Source: Candidatus Nanoarchaeia archaeon
GTDB taxonomy: Archaea > Nanobdellota > Nanobdellia > Woesearchaeales > UBA525
Assembly: GCA_028279755.1 (NCBI GenBank)
Contig: JANQNB010000010.1
Span: 92,963 to 156,962, forward strand
Reading direction: 5' to 3'
DNA: 64,000 nt
The notes under the pieces are model-generated. The model made no database searches and was not told the origin of the DNA. It was given only the letters and a program-made list of their open reading frames with translations. Each line of letters opens with the position of its first letter. Position 1 is the first letter of the stretch. A program made the translations under genes and the position numbers. Below are positions 34,521 through 43,393 of the stretch, piece by piece.

Positions 34521-35534
34521 ATGCACGAAGCGCTCCATTGGAAAGCGGATGGTGAGACAATCACCTGCGAGCTCTGTCCGCGTTTGTGCGTCTTGAAGGA
34601 TGAGCAGATCGGTGCGTGCGGCGTGCGCCAGGTTCGCGATGGGAAACTGTACGCGATGACGTATGCGAAGCCGTGCGCGATCCACGTCGATCCAGTGGAG
34701 AAGAAACCCTTGTATCATTTCTATCCTGGCGAGCCGATACTTTCCCTTGCAACAATTGGCTGCAATTTGTTCTGCGATTTCTGCCAGAACTGGCAGATTA
34801 GTAAAGAAAGATATGATGATATGTTCGACCAGGAAGAAGTTTCGCCAGAAAAGATCATTCAAATGACAAAAGACGCGGGCTGTCGCCTGATCGCGTTCAC
34901 GTACACTGAACCGACTGTCTATTACGAATACATGCTTGACATCGCGAAATTGGCAAAGAAAGAAGGTATGGAGTGTGTGATAGTCAGTAATGGGTATATT
35001 AGTGAAAAACCCCTCAAGGAATTGATCCCATACATTTCTGCAGCCAACATTGACATGAAAGGCACGAAGGAATTCTACAAGAAACGCTGCAAGGTTCCGG
35101 ATTATGAATTCATCAGGAAAACGATTTTGACATTGAAAGGAGCGGGCGTGCATGTCGAGATGACCAACCTGATCATTCCAGAAGAGAACGACAGCGATGA
35201 AGAAATCGAAAAGATGGCACAATGGGTCGCTGAAAATGTCGGGAAAGACACGCCTTTGCATTTCAGCGCGTTCCATCCCGACTACAAGATGATGGACACG
35301 CCGCACACGCCACCTGCAACTTTGATGAAAGCGCGGAAGATTGCTGCAAAACATGTCGATTACATCTATCTCGGCAACATCACTGGTGCTGACAACGATA
35401 CGATCTGCCCGAAATGCGGCGAACTCTGCATCGAACGCCCAGTCTATGGCGGCACAAGCCATCTGAAAAACGGCGAATGTCCGAAATGCGGGCTTGAGAT
35501 TAACGGACGTTTTTCCGGCAAAGGGAAAAAGTGA
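34521..35534 (+). CDS. AmmeMemoRadiSam-system-type radical SAM enzyme (PflA-like activase family)
   Basis: N-terminal Cys cluster 'CELCPRLCVLKDEQIGACGVRQVRDGKLY' and radical-SAM 'CNLFCDFCQNW' (CxxxCxxC). Length and layout match the TIGR04337-type family. No AMMECR1/MEMO1 partner genes are adjacent. Confidence 0.75.
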   Translation: MHEALHWKADGETITCELCPRLCVLKDEQIGACGVRQVRDGKLYAMTYAKPCAIHVDPVEKKPLYHFYPGEPILSLATIGCNLFCDFCQNWQISKERYDDMFDQEEVSPEKIIQMTKDAGCRLIAFTYTEPTVYYEYMLDIAKLAKKEGMECVIVSNGYISEKPLKELIPYISAANIDMKGTKEFYKKRCKVPDYEFIRKTILTLKGAGVHVEMTNLIIPEENDSDEEIEKMAQWVAENVGKDTPLHFSAFHPDYKMMDTPHTPPATLMKARKIAAKHVDYIYLGNITGADNDTICPKCGELCIERPVYGGTSHLKNGECPKCGLEINGRFSGKGKK

Positions 35535-35592
35535 TTCTGTAGCGCGCAGCGCTTTCGTTTTTTCTTCACAAAGCCATTTCTAAGCTTTCGCA

Positions 35593-37614
35593 ATGCAACT
35601 CCGCATGCGTGCCAGCATACTCTTCGGACTGCTCATCCTGACCGAGCCAATAAGCGCGATGCAGTTCACTGAAGTCATGTACGATCCGCCAGGCAGCGAC
35701 AACAATAAGGAATTCATAGAAATCCACGGCGAGAGCAATCTTTCCGGCTGGATCATCGGCGATCTCGCGAGCAACGACACGCTTGTTCCACTGTTCATCA
35801 ACGCCTCCAGCAACTACTCGATTATTGTTGAAGAAGGCTTTGAGTATGAGAATTTATCCTGTAACGTGTATTCGGCTGGCGCAACGATCGGCAACAACCT
35901 GAACAACGCTGGCGACGCGATCAGGCTCTACGCGCCGAATGGTTCGCTCGCGCTGGAATTCTGGTTCGATGACAGCCTGGCGAAGAACAATGGTATGGCG
36001 CTTGCGCTGCTGAATGGCACGTGGCAGGAAGCGCTGCCAACACCCTGTGTTTTAAATATTTACTATATGGAAAATAATTCAAATATCACAGATTCCAGCG
36101 CGTATGACCTCAGTTTGACCCCCGCATTACCCACGACCATATACGCCGGTGTCTCGTACGACAGCTTGTTTCGCATCAGGAACGAGCTGTACGAGACCGG
36201 CGTTTCGGGCTATGTGAACGCTTCTGCGGTCTACAATCTCTCCCAGAACGGCTCAGTGCTGGTGAATGGCAGCTTCTCTGTAGTCCTCAAGAGCTACAAG
36301 ACAGCAGGCACAGGCAGGCTTCAGATCAATGCCACGGGAAATTACACGCTCTGCGCGAGGATCGCTTGGACCAATGTCACTGATGAGAACCCTGAGAACG
36401 ACGCGATCTGCCAGGAAATCACTGTGCTGGATCCTTTTGCTCAACCCTGCAACGTTTCCCTAGAACTCCAAATCAAAGAACCACAGCTATACTATGAATC
36501 AGGAAATAAAATAAAATTCTGGAACAAGTTATTGCGACATGACAACAATACAGAACTCCCACCCTATATTATCCGCTACGAGATCCAGGACTTGCAAGGC
36601 AAAACAGTGCGAGTCACAACGACAGAAAACCAGAACCTGAAGACCTGGACACCGAAGTTGAAAGATGCATTAGGAGTATTCATACTCACAAACCAATTCG
36701 ACATGCTTGCGTGCAACAATAGTAACAATGACACTCAAAACAAACAACTCATAGTGGTTCAGGGAGAAAAAGTAATTCCTGAGAATGAATCTTCAATTGA
36801 AATCACCAATCTGCACATTCCGAAAAAAGGGTATCGGTTCGGCGACATCGTGAAAGTGAGTATGCATGCCTACAAAGGCAATACTTCAAAGTATAGTATC
36901 AAACTCTACGTCGAGGATGTGAAAGGCCGCAAGGTTTCAAGCACGACATCGTTCCATGCCAAGCAGAAATTCCAAGATTATCAAGTAACTATGCCGATTG
37001 TACTCAAAGATTCGACAAAAAGCGGCCAGCACAAGGTCGTGATTGAAGGTTTAGGCAAACAACGCAGCAAGAATCTATGGATAAAGACGAAGGAAATCAA
37101 AATTGTACAAAATGTAACTGCTCACAAACCCAAGAAACAATTTTCAATCGCGTCTTTCTACACAAGGAGTAAAAAGGCGAACAAGAAAATCAACGTGTAT
37201 GCGAGAATCAAGGGAAAAGGCAACGCAACGCTTGAATTGGTCGGACTTGAAGATCACGATAGCGTTCCAATCAGTATCAACAAGTCATTTTCGTACAAAA
37301 AAGAGGTCGCAATGCAAAACGGTCCAAATGTTTTCCTCCTCAAAATACTCGAAAAAGAAAAAATCCTCGATCAAAGAACTCTCTTGCTCGAAATGGACAC
37401 AGAGATACAAGAAGTCCAGTTCTTTTCAGGAAAAAGAAAAACACTGACTCGCCCCAATTCCCCGAGCCAAGCAACAAACTCCACACCGAACAAGACCTCT
37501 CTCCTCACAGGCGCCGCCACCTACACGACAAAGAGCACGACACGCACCGTGCCAATCCTGCTCGGCATCATCGGCACGCTCCTGCTCGGCATCATCCTTC
37601 AACACAAGCGTTAA
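35593..37614 (+). CDS. Cell-surface protein: signal peptide + lamin-tail-domain (LTD)-like N-terminus + long Asn-x-Ser/Thr-rich region + C-terminal TM anchor
   Basis: MQLRMRASILFGLLILTEPISA is a signal peptide. 'FTEVMYDPPGSDNNKEFIEIHG' is the LTD consensus (…NP.G.D…EFIEL.N). There are more than 30 N-glycosylation sequons. The C-terminal TVPILLGIIGTLLLGIILQHKR is a TM anchor plus basic tail. Confidence 0.6.
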   Translation: MQLRMRASILFGLLILTEPISAMQFTEVMYDPPGSDNNKEFIEIHGESNLSGWIIGDLASNDTLVPLFINASSNYSIIVEEGFEYENLSCNVYSAGATIGNNLNNAGDAIRLYAPNGSLALEFWFDDSLAKNNGMALALLNGTWQEALPTPCVLNIYYMENNSNITDSSAYDLSLTPALPTTIYAGVSYDSLFRIRNELYETGVSGYVNASAVYNLSQNGSVLVNGSFSVVLKSYKTAGTGRLQINATGNYTLCARIAWTNVTDENPENDAICQEITVLDPFAQPCNVSLELQIKEPQLYYESGNKIKFWNKLLRHDNNTELPPYIIRYEIQDLQGKTVRVTTTENQNLKTWTPKLKDALGVFILTNQFDMLACNNSNNDTQNKQLIVVQGEKVIPENESSIEITNLHIPKKGYRFGDIVKVSMHAYKGNTSKYSIKLYVEDVKGRKVSSTTSFHAKQKFQDYQVTMPIVLKDSTKSGQHKVVIEGLGKQRSKNLWIKTKEIKIVQNVTAHKPKKQFSIASFYTRSKKANKKINVYARIKGKGNATLELVGLEDHDSVPISINKSFSYKKEVAMQNGPNVFLLKILEKEKILDQRTLLLEMDTEIQEVQFFSGKRKTLTRPNSPSQATNSTPNKTSLLTGAATYTTKSTTRTVPILLGIIGTLLLGIILQHKR

Positions 37615-37639
37615 AAACACCACGTTCTTCGCACTTGTC

Positions 37640-38395
37640 ATGAAGGACTTCGCAGTCGAAGTGGCCAAGAAAGCCGGGAAGTACCTGCTCGACAACTTCC
37701 GGAACGACGAGACCCTGCTGAAAGAGCGCGGCAGCTCGAAGGAAGTCGTGACGAAATACGACAAGGAAGCGGATAAGATCATCGTTGATGCAATCAAGGA
37801 AAAATACCCTGAACATAATCTCCTCACCGAGGAAAGTGGCAGTATCAAGAACGACAGCGAGTATATCTGGATCGTCGATTCCCTGGACGGCTCTGGCAAT
37901 TTCAGCGCCGGTAACCCATACTTCAGCGTCTCGATCGCACTCATGAAGGATAACGAGCTCGTCCTCGGCGTCATCTACGCTCCCTACCTCAACGAACTCT
38001 ATGTCGCGGAGAAAGGCAAGGGCGCGACCATGAACGGAACATCAATCACTGTTTCTGACATCGCTGACTTGGCGCACGCGTACGTCGTCACGTGCGAAGG
38101 CAATAACAACAAACATGATCGCATGGCCGATGCCTACGCAAAACTCGTGCCGAAAACAAAGGATTACCGCAAGATCGGCTCTGCAGCGCTGGAATGCTGC
38201 ATGGTCGCGTGCGGACGCGCGGACGCGTACGTCACCTTTGAGATTGACCCCTGGGATGTCGCTGCTGGACTGCTCATCGCGCAAGAAGCTGGTGCCAAAG
38301 CTTCGGATTTCAGCGGCAATCCCTGGAAGCCAGAGCGGCAAGACTTGGTTGTCACGAACGGCAACGTGCATGAAGAATTCTTAGCAGGGCTGTAA
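37640..38395 (+). CDS. suhB: Inositol monophosphatase family protein (archaeal IMPase/FBPase-type)
   Basis: …LLTEESG… / …IWIVDSLDGSGNF… / …GSAALE…WDVAAG… are the IMPase metal-binding motifs. Confidence 0.8.
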   Translation: MKDFAVEVAKKAGKYLLDNFRNDETLLKERGSSKEVVTKYDKEADKIIVDAIKEKYPEHNLLTEESGSIKNDSEYIWIVDSLDGSGNFSAGNPYFSVSIALMKDNELVLGVIYAPYLNELYVAEKGKGATMNGTSITVSDIADLAHAYVVTCEGNNNKHDRMADAYAKLVPKTKDYRKIGSAALECCMVACGRADAYVTFEIDPWDVAAGLLIAQEAGAKASDFSGNPWKPERQDLVVTNGNVHEEFLAGL

Positions 38396-38396
38396 C

Positions 38397-38861
38397 ATGG
38401 ACGTTTTCGCGCATGCGCTGTGGACCTATCTCTTCTTCAACAATCAGGAATGGGTCTGGATCGGCGTGCTTGTCAGCTTCCTCATCGATGCGATCACTTT
38501 CGTGCCGATCATGATCGCGATGTGGATCCGCGGCGACAAGATGCGCGGGCCGCCGACACTGAAAGGCACCTTCGCAAAGCGATGGGCAAAACTCTACAAC
38601 GCCACGCACAGCCTGATCGTCTTGGCTGCTGTCGGGCTCATCATCTACGTCATCACTGGCTCGCTCTGGGGACCGCTCCTGGCATGGCTGGTGCACATCA
38701 TCATGGACATCCCCACGCATTCCAAGGAATTCTTCCCCACGCCGATCTTCTGGCCGATCAGCTCGTGGACCTTTCCTGGCTTCAGCTGGGCGCAACCGTG
38801 GTTCATGGCGCTCAACTACGGCGCGCTCATCCTCGGCTTTGTCTGGTTGCTCCTAGCGTAA
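38397..38861 (+). CDS. Integral membrane protein (4 TM), hypothetical
   Basis: Hydrophobic segments WVWIGVLVSFLIDAITFVPIMIAMWI, LIVLAAVGLIIYVITG, LLAWLVHIIMDI, ALNYGALILGFVWLLLA. Confidence 0.55.
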   Translation: MDVFAHALWTYLFFNNQEWVWIGVLVSFLIDAITFVPIMIAMWIRGDKMRGPPTLKGTFAKRWAKLYNATHSLIVLAAVGLIIYVITGSLWGPLLAWLVHIIMDIPTHSKEFFPTPIFWPISSWTFPGFSWAQPWFMALNYGALILGFVWLLLA

Positions 38862-38894
38862 CCTTTTTAAGCGCTGCCACGTGACGTTCTCAGC

Positions 38895-39569
38895 ATGTTC
38901 TTCAAGAAGAAGAAAGAGGAAGAGCCTGAGGTGGACCCTGTCGACGCTCCTGAGGAGCAGAAGGGCCCTGAGACCCTGACTGAGTCGAAAGTCAAGGAGA
39001 AGCTCGCAGACGGCTGGATACGCGCTTTGGTGACGTTCGAGCTGGTGGGCAAGCCCCGCGAGCATATTGAAAACACGTTGAAATCCTATCTCGCGAACAT
39101 CAAGAACGACTCGCGCATCATGACGATCAGGGAGGAATTCGCAGACGCGATCGAGCAGGACGACGGCTTCTTCAGCGCGTTCTGCGAATACGAATGCGTT
39201 GTCGAAACAATGGAAGTCATGACCTGGCTCGCGATCAACTTCATGCCAGCAAGCATCGAGATCCTCGATCCTGAGCACATCAAGCTCGAAGGCCGGATCA
39301 TTGGCAATTGGTTCAACGACCTCTTAGCAAAATTGCACGAGGTCTCGAACGTGCTGCGCGAAGAGCGTGGCGTGAATGCGCACATCACCCAGGGCATGAA
39401 CGCCCTGATCAAGAACGCGATCGTCCTCGCGCTCAAAGGCGGCGAGAAGACCTCGAAGCAACTCGAGAAAGTGCTTGGCATCCCTGCGAAGCAGCTTGAG
39501 CCATTCCTCACCCATCTTGTGGACAAAGGCGGTATCATCCAGAAAAACAATAAGTATGCGCTCCCATGA
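38895..39569 (+). CDS. Hypothetical protein with C-terminal winged-helix; possible ScpA-like kleisin partner of the downstream ScpB
   Basis: Overlaps the scpB start by 4 nt. The C-terminal 'TSKQLEKVLGIPAKQLEPFLTHLVDKGGIIQKN' is a wH. I see no canonical ScpA N-motif, so assignment rests on synteny only. Confidence 0.35.
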   Translation: MFFKKKKEEEPEVDPVDAPEEQKGPETLTESKVKEKLADGWIRALVTFELVGKPREHIENTLKSYLANIKNDSRIMTIREEFADAIEQDDGFFSAFCEYECVVETMEVMTWLAINFMPASIEILDPEHIKLEGRIIGNWFNDLLAKLHEVSNVLREERGVNAHITQGMNALIKNAIVLALKGGEKTSKQLEKVLGIPAKQLEPFLTHLVDKGGIIQKNNKYALP

Positions 39570-40555
39570 CACTCAAGAATCAAGTCGAAGCGCTCCTCTT
39601 TTCCAGCGGCAAAGCCATGGAGGAGGAGCAGCTCGCCTCGCTCACTGAGAATGAGAAACGCGACGTGCGCAACGCGCTCAAGACTCTGCAGAAGGAGTAT
39701 GCAGCGCACGAAGGCGCGCTGAAGGTCTTCAATGAAGGCTCGCTGTGGAAATTATTGGTGAAAGACGACTACATCTCGCTTGTGCGACGCATTATTGCCG
39801 ATACAGAACTGACAAAGGCGACGTTGGAGACGCTCGCTGTTGTCGCGTACAACCAGCCGAAGGTCTTGCAGTCGAAAGTCGTGGAGATGCGCGGCGGGAA
39901 CGCGTACGAGCATGTCAAGGAATTGCTCGAGCTCGGCTTCATCACCAAGCAGAAAGAAGGACGAAGCTTTGCGATCAGGCTCACTGAGAAGTTCTATGAA
40001 TACTTCGATGTCGAAGGCCAGGATTCCATCAGGCGCGTGTTCAAGGACGCGAAGCACCCGGTGCCGAAGGAATTGCAGCAGCAATTGGGTAAATTGCAGG
40101 TTGTTGACGAGCTGCCGGTCAAGCCGAACGGCAAGATCACCCGGCCTGGCGAAGACAAGCTGGCTGGCTTGGAAGTGATCGACGAGCCGGAACAGGAAGA
40201 AGCGCCTGAGGAAGAGACCCAGCCGCGCCGCCTGGAAGTCACTGAGGAAGAAGTGAAGGAGAACAACGACTTCCTGTCGAAGATCGAGAACCAGATCGAA
40301 CAGCTTGCGGGCAAGAACGACGAGCGCGACAGCGACGACGACTTCAAGCCAGCGAGCAGGGATGAAGAAGAGACTGCAGAAGGAAGTGAAGAAGGCGCAC
40401 GTGAGGAGTCTACCGAAGAGACAGCGGAAGAAACAGGAACAGAAACTCCTGAAACCCAAGACTCTGAACCGGAAGAACTAACTGACGATCAAGAAAGCGA
40501 AGAACCATCTGAAGATCAAGAAACTCCAGAACTTGAAGAACCTAAAACCGCTTGA
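39566..40555 (+). CDS. scpB: Segregation and condensation protein B (ScpB) with a ~150-aa acidic C-terminal extension
   Basis: N-terminus MTLKNQVEALLFSSGKAMEEEQLASL… and …ETLAVVAYNQPKVLQSKVVEMRGGNAYEHVKELLELGFI…GRSFAIRLTEKFYEYFDV align with ScpB (cf. B. subtilis …VEALLYAAGDEGLSL… / …[23 protein letters not shown]…). The tail is E/D/T-rich (…EETAEGSEEGAREESTEETAEETGTETPETQDSEPEELTDDQESEEPSEDQETPELEEPKTA). Confidence 0.8.
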   Translation: MTLKNQVEALLFSSGKAMEEEQLASLTENEKRDVRNALKTLQKEYAAHEGALKVFNEGSLWKLLVKDDYISLVRRIIADTELTKATLETLAVVAYNQPKVLQSKVVEMRGGNAYEHVKELLELGFITKQKEGRSFAIRLTEKFYEYFDVEGQDSIRRVFKDAKHPVPKELQQQLGKLQVVDELPVKPNGKITRPGEDKLAGLEVIDEPEQEEAPEEETQPRRLEVTEEEVKENNDFLSKIENQIEQLAGKNDERDSDDDFKPASRDEEETAEGSEEGAREESTEETAEETGTETPETQDSEPEELTDDQESEEPSEDQETPELEEPKTA

Positions 40556-40558
40556 GGG

Positions 40559-41347
40559 GTGAGACTCATGGAACGCGTCGAATACGACAACGGCAACGGC
40601 GGCAAGCTCGTCGGCGTCTTGGACATGCCGAGCAATCATTCTCCGATCGTCATTCTCTGCCACGGCCTGGGCAGCTCGAAGGATTCAGCGACCTATCGCG
40701 GCATCCAGCACGGGCTCGAGCTCCACGGTATCGGCACGATCCGCTTCGACTTCTACGCCCACGGCGAAAGCGACGGGCATTTCGATCATCTCACCCTGAC
40801 AGAAGGCATCCGGAACATCAAAGCCACGTATGATTATCTCAAATCTCGCTATCCGCACAGCCACATCGGCATCCAAGGCTCGAGCTACGGCGGCGCAGCA
40901 GCATTCTTCGCTGCTCCTGACCTGAAACTCGAAGGCGTGGCGCTCTGCTGTCCAGCCTTGTATTACCAGAAAGGCAAGAAGAAGCGCATGGGCCCTGCGA
41001 AGATGAAGGAATGGGAGAAAAAAGGCTTTGTGTACTACACCAACTTCGCTGGCCGCAAACTGAAGCTTGGTTATGGCTTCTACGAAGACCTTGCAGACTA
41101 TGATCCTGAAAAGGTCACATTCGACGCGCCCTTCATGATTGTGCACGGCGACAAGGACCAGAACTGGCCAGTCACGGATTCGAAGAAGATCGCCAAGCTG
41201 CGAAAAGCCAAGATGCATGTGATCAAAGGAGCAGACCACAACTACACCGGCAAAGGCCAGAAGGACAAGATGATCGACCACGTCGTGCACTTCTTCATGG
41301 ACATCTTCGCCATGGATCCCGAACATACGCACGGGCATAAGTTGTGA
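40559..41347 (+). CDS. Alpha/beta-hydrolase fold protein (dienelactone hydrolase/esterase-like)
   Basis: Nucleophile elbow 'GIQGSSYGG' (GxSxG); …IVILCHGLGSS…; …MIVHGDKDQ…; …GADHNY… is a Ser-Asp-His arrangement. Confidence 0.7.
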   Translation: MRLMERVEYDNGNGGKLVGVLDMPSNHSPIVILCHGLGSSKDSATYRGIQHGLELHGIGTIRFDFYAHGESDGHFDHLTLTEGIRNIKATYDYLKSRYPHSHIGIQGSSYGGAAAFFAAPDLKLEGVALCCPALYYQKGKKKRMGPAKMKEWEKKGFVYYTNFAGRKLKLGYGFYEDLADYDPEKVTFDAPFMIVHGDKDQNWPVTDSKKIAKLRKAKMHVIKGADHNYTGKGQKDKMIDHVVHFFMDIFAMDPEHTHGHKL

Positions 41348-42073
41348 TTATTTCACGATCACCATCCCAAGATTCGTTCTCGGTTGATCATAGTCTCCCG
41401 CGATGAACTTGTCCATAATCCATTTCTGGTAATACTGATATGCAAGACGATCTGCGTTGAACATTTCAGGCGCTGCAGTCACAAAGGCGAACTCTTCAAG
41501 GGTGTAAGGGGTGCCGATCTCGATGCGTTTGGGAAGCGTGAGGAGTTTCCCCGCTTGTCGAGCGATGTATCCTGGTCCGAAACGACGCAGCCGGTCCAGT
41601 GTGAGTCGTTGCCTGAACTGTCCCATCAAGACATGCTGTGTTTCGCTCTGAACTGCGCGCCTGAATGCAGCATTTGACTGGTACAGTGCATGATGATATG
41701 CCAGCTGTTTCTGATATTCTGGGTGTTGCTCAATTTCTGGCCAGCGATGCACGGTGAACTTCTTTGGGAGTTCTCCGCTATAGAGTTTCTTTGCCATGTT
41801 GATGAGCCGGTTTCCTTCTAAACGCGCTTTTGCTGCGATGGGTTTGCTGATGCCAATCGCGCGATAGGTATGCTCTGTTGGTGTGTCAGGGATAAAGAGT
41901 TCTATACGATCAAACAAGCAATCAGCTATGTCCAAGAAGGCTGCAACCCTATCTCGCTTGAAGTAACCGTTGCCAGGGCACAAGGGAACAAGCCCAACGC
42001 CCTTGTTATTGATGATGTCATAGCCTGTCTCGTAAGCTGGCCCTCGCAATCCGCACATAACATCTATAGTCAT
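41348..42073 (-). CDS. tRNA-dependent cyclodipeptide synthase (CDPS, AlbC-like) homolog; Cys at the position of the catalytic Ser
   Basis: Started at the ATG (MTIDVMCGLRG…) inside the GTG-initiated track ORF. '…GVGLVPLCPGNGYFKRDRVAAFLDIADCLFDRIELFIPDT…' parallels AlbC '…ALIGISAGNSYFSQKNTVMLLQWAGQRFERTDVVYVDT…'. '…EEFAFVTAAPEMFNAD…' parallels AlbC '…YVLAEAPLFADS…'. Size (~240 aa) fits the family. AT-rich gene next to an Lrp regulator. Confidence 0.5.
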   Translation of the reverse strand: MTIDVMCGLRGPAYETGYDIINNKGVGLVPLCPGNGYFKRDRVAAFLDIADCLFDRIELFIPDTPTEHTYRAIGISKPIAAKARLEGNRLINMAKKLYSGELPKKFTVHRWPEIEQHPEYQKQLAYHHALYQSNAAFRRAVQSETQHVLMGQFRQRLTLDRLRRFGPGYIARQAGKLLTLPKRIEIGTPYTLEEFAFVTAAPEMFNADRLAYQYYQKWIMDKFIAGDYDQPRTNLGMVIVK

Positions 42074-42137
42074 TACTGAATAGTAGATATTCGACACTAT
42101 AATAAATATTTCATTCGAAAATACGACAAATGAGGAA

Positions 42138-42150
42138 TTTTTATATAATA
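42138..42150 (+). promoter_or_regulatory. TATA-box-like element (TTTTTATATAATA) ~25 bp upstream of the Lrp-family gene start; the intergenic region is shared divergently with the CDPS-like gene
   Basis: Seen directly; matches the archaeal TATA consensus. Confidence 0.4.
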
Positions 42151-42170
42151 AATGCTATATTAATCGTAAA

Positions 42171-43184
42171 ATGGACAAGCGAGACCTCCAATTGATGGAA
42201 ATCCTCGCGCAAAACTGCCGGATTTCCCACACCACACTAGCACAAGCGCTCAGAGTCTCGAAAGACACAGTCGCATACAAGATCAAGAAGCTGGAGGAAA
42301 CTGATTACCTTACCCAATACGTCCTGTTCATTGATGCGCGCGTCCTCGGACTAACAAGATATCACTTGCTGATCCAGTTCGACGCAGGTATAGACAAGCA
42401 AGCAACGTACGACAAGATCATCAACCATAAAAATGTCATGTGGGTGAACACCTTCATCGGTCGCTTCGACATCCAGATCATAGTCGATGCTCATGACGGC
42501 TTTCATCTCAACAAGATACGGGAAGAGCTCTTCGAACTCTGCGAACATAAGGTGAAGGAATACATTGTGTTGACCTGTCTCTACGATCTCGAATTCACGC
42601 AGCTCAACCCAGTGCTTGATCTGAAAACACCTTTCCAAAAAAAACTTGATCATTCTTTCAGCGAACTCCTCACGACAAGGAATTTTCCTGTCAAACCCAC
42701 GTTTGTCAAATACACACCAACAAAGACTGAAACTGAAATCCTGAAAATCCTAGCAGATAATCCTCGTGAATCATTGACAAACATCAGCAGACAACTGAAA
42801 ATCGACAGGAACACAGTAAAACAGCGTATCATCAATCTGATCAAGAATAAAGTCATCATCAACTTTGGCGCAATTCCAAACTTGTCAAAGCTGGGTTTCG
42901 TAACATATTACATGCTGGTGAGAATTGCGCAAGATACTCCTTATGAGGTCTTCAAGAAGCCCTTTACCAAGCTGCAGAACATCTTCTACGCTGGCAGGAT
43001 GATTGGTGATTATGACATGATCCTCTATCTCAACGCACGAACTCCTGAAGAGCTCAACTCCAGCATCGAATTGTTCAAAGCAGAGATAGAACAGCACATT
43101 GTCCACTACGACCTCCTTGTCCAAGACAAAGTGCATTACTGGCGCCAGTTCACGCCCGGAATCTATGAAGGATTGCAACATTAA
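42171..43184 (+). CDS. Tandem Lrp/AsnC-family transcriptional regulator (two HTH+RAM modules fused)
   Basis: Module 1: MDKRDLQLMEILAQNCRISHTTLAQALRVSKDTVAYKIKKLEETDYL… + RAM-like. Module 2: …TETEILKILADNPRESLTNISRQLKIDRNTVKQRIINLIKNKVI… + RAM-like. Both are AsnC-type HTH signatures. Confidence 0.75.
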   Translation: MDKRDLQLMEILAQNCRISHTTLAQALRVSKDTVAYKIKKLEETDYLTQYVLFIDARVLGLTRYHLLIQFDAGIDKQATYDKIINHKNVMWVNTFIGRFDIQIIVDAHDGFHLNKIREELFELCEHKVKEYIVLTCLYDLEFTQLNPVLDLKTPFQKKLDHSFSELLTTRNFPVKPTFVKYTPTKTETEILKILADNPRESLTNISRQLKIDRNTVKQRIINLIKNKVIINFGAIPNLSKLGFVTYYMLVRIAQDTPYEVFKKPFTKLQNIFYAGRMIGDYDMILYLNARTPEELNSSIELFKAEIEQHIVHYDLLVQDKVHYWRQFTPGIYEGLQH

Positions 43185-43237
43185 GCACTGGTCATCCACG
43201 CGGAGCACATATAAACATCCATGCTTTTGTTCTCGTC

Positions 43238-43393
43238 ATGTTCCTCGTGAAGTGTCCGCGCTGCGGCAAGAACCAGAAGTGCCAGCCAAAGCCAGGCCTC
43301 GTCACAACGAAAAGCAAGCGCTGCGTCTACTGCGGACGAACATTCAAGATCCATTCTAACTTAGAAAAGAGCAGGATTGTGAGAAAGCTCTAA
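43238..43393 (+). CDS. Candidate small zinc-ribbon protein (51 aa; not in ORF track)
   Basis: Hand translation: [51 protein letters not shown] has two CxxC pairs (CPRC…CVYC). TATA-like 'catataaaca' ~20 bp upstream. The 3' end overlaps the gyrA stop convergently. Confidence 0.35.
   Translation: MFLVKCPRCGKNQKCQPKPGLVTTKSKRCVYCGRTFKIHSNLEKSRIVRKL

Noticed and set aside
38895-39569. Confident ScpA call
   Set aside because: Synteny and a C-terminal wH support ScpA, but I cannot see the conserved N-terminal SMC-binding helix motif, so kept as low-confidence.
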